Both the position numbers and the translations under genes were made by a program. From Eutreptiella sp. 'Long Island Sound 2002' (Eukaryota; Protista; Euglenida): a stretch of DNA of 64,000 nucleotides. The stretch spans positions 162,874,001-162,938,000 of the forward strand of contig OZ038378.1 of NCBI GenBank assembly GCA_964036045.1. Reading direction: 5' to 3'. Each line of letters opens with the position of its first letter. Position 1 is the first letter of the stretch. Shown here one piece after another: positions 61,566 through 64,000 of the stretch. The notes under the pieces were generated by a model. That model was not told where the DNA came from and did not search any database. It saw only the letters and a program-made list of their open reading frames with translations.

Positions 61566-61993
61566 CTGAAAAAGGGGGGTGGGTTCATTTCAGTTCGTTC
61601 CGGCTCGCCTGCAGCCACATCTGAACCATGACCCACATGCAAAAGAGCCACCGTAACCATCACAGTGCACTCTCCTCGCAGACTGTCGATGAGAATGCAC
61701 TTTAAGGACTGCAATTGCACAGGGGATTCGTATACCTGCCAGACAGGGTGTGGGCCTGGGGGCTGCCTGGAGCCCTGCCATACTGGAGCCATGCCCTGCT
61801 CCATGCCGACAGGCAGCGGGTACGGCGCCGAGTAGCGCCCCGGTGTAGAATGCCGTGGCGGAGGCGCACCAGGCATCACCGACCCCGTGGGAGGGGCGCT
61901 GTCGACATGGGCCTGGGGCATGCGCCTGGACGCAGTGGGGGACACAGTATACAGGGGTCGCGGCGCCTGGTAATCCTGAGCGAATTGCTGCAC
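61566..61993 (-). CDS. Pro/Gln/Tyr-rich exon, probably the same unidentified gene
   Basis: Acceptor gggcAG at 61994 or gtgcAG at 61988. Encodes QQFAQDYQAPRPLY...GRYSAPYPLPVG. Candidate donors CAG|GTATAC (61735) or AG|GTAAGG (61565). Confidence 0.45.
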
Positions 61994-63738
61994 CTGCCCA
62001 GCGAAGGACACGGAGCACGCAGGGCATATGTCAGGGGCAGACGGCATAGGCAAGACAGGCCGCGGCAAAATGGTTTTGGGGGCATCTTTGCATCCGCTGC
62101 GTCATTCCGGGCACATACACAAAGCAAAGGGTAACAGCATCGGGATGTCCGCTGAAGCGGTGTGCCCAAGGGGGCCAGCACCGAGCTCGTCTGAAGAAGC
62201 CCGTGCATGCGGGTCCATTGGCAAAACGCCTATTCCATATTGGCGTAGGCTGGGGGGTCTGGCAAGGGGACGGAGGGGGGGGATGGGGGGCAGCCTTACA
62301 TATACCCCCCCCCTCCTGACTCGGTGTGCATGGCAGACTCCCAACCATCTTTCCTCCTATCAGCTACTCACTGGGCCCTGCCTTGGGCCTTCAGTCACAC
62401 CCCATCACTGAAGCTGCGGCGTGTGGCCTCGTGCTGTGTACCCGATGCCCCGTATTCGGTGCCCCGTGTCATATGCCAAATGCCACGTGCCCCATGCCCT
62501 GTGCTGGTTTTGCCCGACACATGCTGCCTGCCTCTGCCCAGCGCACCCAAAATGTGGTCTCGGCGTTGGACATCTGGGTCCTCTGCTGCGCTGAAAGCGT
62601 GGATTTTGGCCACAAATTCAAAGCAAATGCGTGCCCCCACTCTGACCACACATGCAGTGCTGGCCCCCCATACACCAGGACAGGGTCCAGACCGGAGTGA
62701 TTTGTTTTCGCCCTCAAAAAGGGCCAAAAACCCTTGAAAAATGGGCTGTTTGGGGACCAAAACAAGGTCACAGAGCCAAATGCGGTGCTGTTTGATCTTC
62801 CCCGTACCCCAGCAACCCCAGCCACAAATTGGACGCAGTGCTCCACCGGCTCAAAAAATGGGCCAAAAACATTTGTTTGAGGTTCCCAAATGGTCTGGTA
62901 ACAACTTTGGGAAATGTCATTCTGGAGCCCCCAAAGACCCCCCAGCGGACCGTCTTCTGCCCGGGTCGGTTGCAACTCTCGGTGCTGCCCTGGCAGGTCC
63001 CAGCGTGCTCCAGCAAGGGTTCTAGGAGTCCATTTGGATGATTCTGAGGGGGTGGAGACCCGAAAAAAGTCGGGGGCGATGCGCACCCATCCTAAAAGCA
63101 AAACGAGGCCCCGCCCTCTGATGTGATGCAGCACGCCCCCCGGCGTTGTGAACAAACATTCCGGCGCTTGCGCCTGCGGCAGCAGCAACAATGCCCTTAC
63201 GCCTATGGCAAGTGTCCAGCACCAGCACAAAGCAGACAGCATGCGTCACAAGACATACCGGGTCGAGGGCAATGCATCTCATGCATGGAGCCATACGGCA
63301 CCGGGAACAGGGCATGCGGCACAGGGCGCAAGGATCGCTTGGTGCACTTGCACTTCTTGCAGGGCCCTTGATAGGGACCCTGTGGGGGAGGGTATCACCG
63401 GTTTGGGGCCATGAGGAAACAATGTGGGCAATGGATATGGCGTCCCATGCGCTGTGCCTTGTGCCCCATGGCTGTTGCTCCGCGCCCTGGTCCATTGACC
63501 TCGTGTCCTGTGCCGTATGCCGTATCCCCTGGGCCTTGCAAGGGCACGAATCCACGGGGACGGGTGCCTGAGGCACGGGCACAAACCACGAGGCACGAGG
63601 CATACAACACAGGGCATAGGGCACGGGGCACGGGGCATGGGCCAGAGGGCACGGCACCGTAGCCAGAGGGCCCCAAGCACAAGTCACAGACCCATGGCAC
63701 AACGCAAAAGGCGCGGGGGCACAAGGCACTGGACACAC

Positions 63739-64000
63739 CGGCGGGCCTCGATAACTGGCGAGGGGCTCCGGATACGACGCGGCGCGCGGGGGGCTGGGGG
63801 GTGAGCGCGAAGGACTGGGGGGGTACGGGCCGGCAGAGACCGGGAATCCGGCGGACTCCGGCATGGCCCGGGAGCCCACGGGGGTGTGCCGAGCGTAGTT
63901 GTTGGGGACGGGCACACCGGGCCCGGGGGCGATGCCGGCAGGCGCCGACATAGAGCGAGAGGCCGCGGCCGGGAAGGGCTCCGCCTGCGGCGCCCAGCCG
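63739..64000 (-). CDS. Pro/Ala/Tyr-rich exon of an unidentified gene, continuing beyond the window
   Basis: Frame is open from the window edge (GWAPQAEPFPAAASRSMSAPAGIAPGPGVPVPNNYARHTP...). GC- and CpG-rich. Candidate donor CCG|GTGTGT at 63738. Confidence 0.5.

Overview
Repeat-rich, intron-rich eukaryotic genomic DNA; no bacterial operon or CRISPR features. A protist origin, plausibly euglenid/euglenozoan, is inferred from the gene types and TTAGGG-like tracts but is not proven. Three genes lie on the minus strand, and every intron I could resolve is conventional GT-AG. (1) A large receptor-type class III adenylyl cyclase (about 4450-21652; 3' part unresolved or off-window): degenerate EF-hand pair, TM, at least four tandem Cache-like DYR repeats, TM, signalling helix, and a cyclase domain carrying a Pro-rich insert. 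(2) An NXF1/TAP/Mex67-like mRNA export factor (30073 to at least 44519) with LRR, NTF2-like and TAP-C exons ending in IPPDAF. (3) A Pro-rich gene running off the right end. Introns and intergenic space are filled with DNA-transposon derivatives whose ends and target-site duplications I read directly: a 2.5-kb hAT (8-bp TSD) encoding an internally deleted transposase with NUMOD1-like, tandem PHD-like and TTF zinc-finger domains; a second hAT-like element; two PIF/Harbinger-like MITEs (3-bp TSD); and a MULE-like MITE (9-bp TSD). There is also a composite repeat family with Helentron-like traits, repeats capped by telomere-like hexamers, and long microsatellites. Most of the supplied six-frame ORFs are artefacts of repeats or antisense frames.
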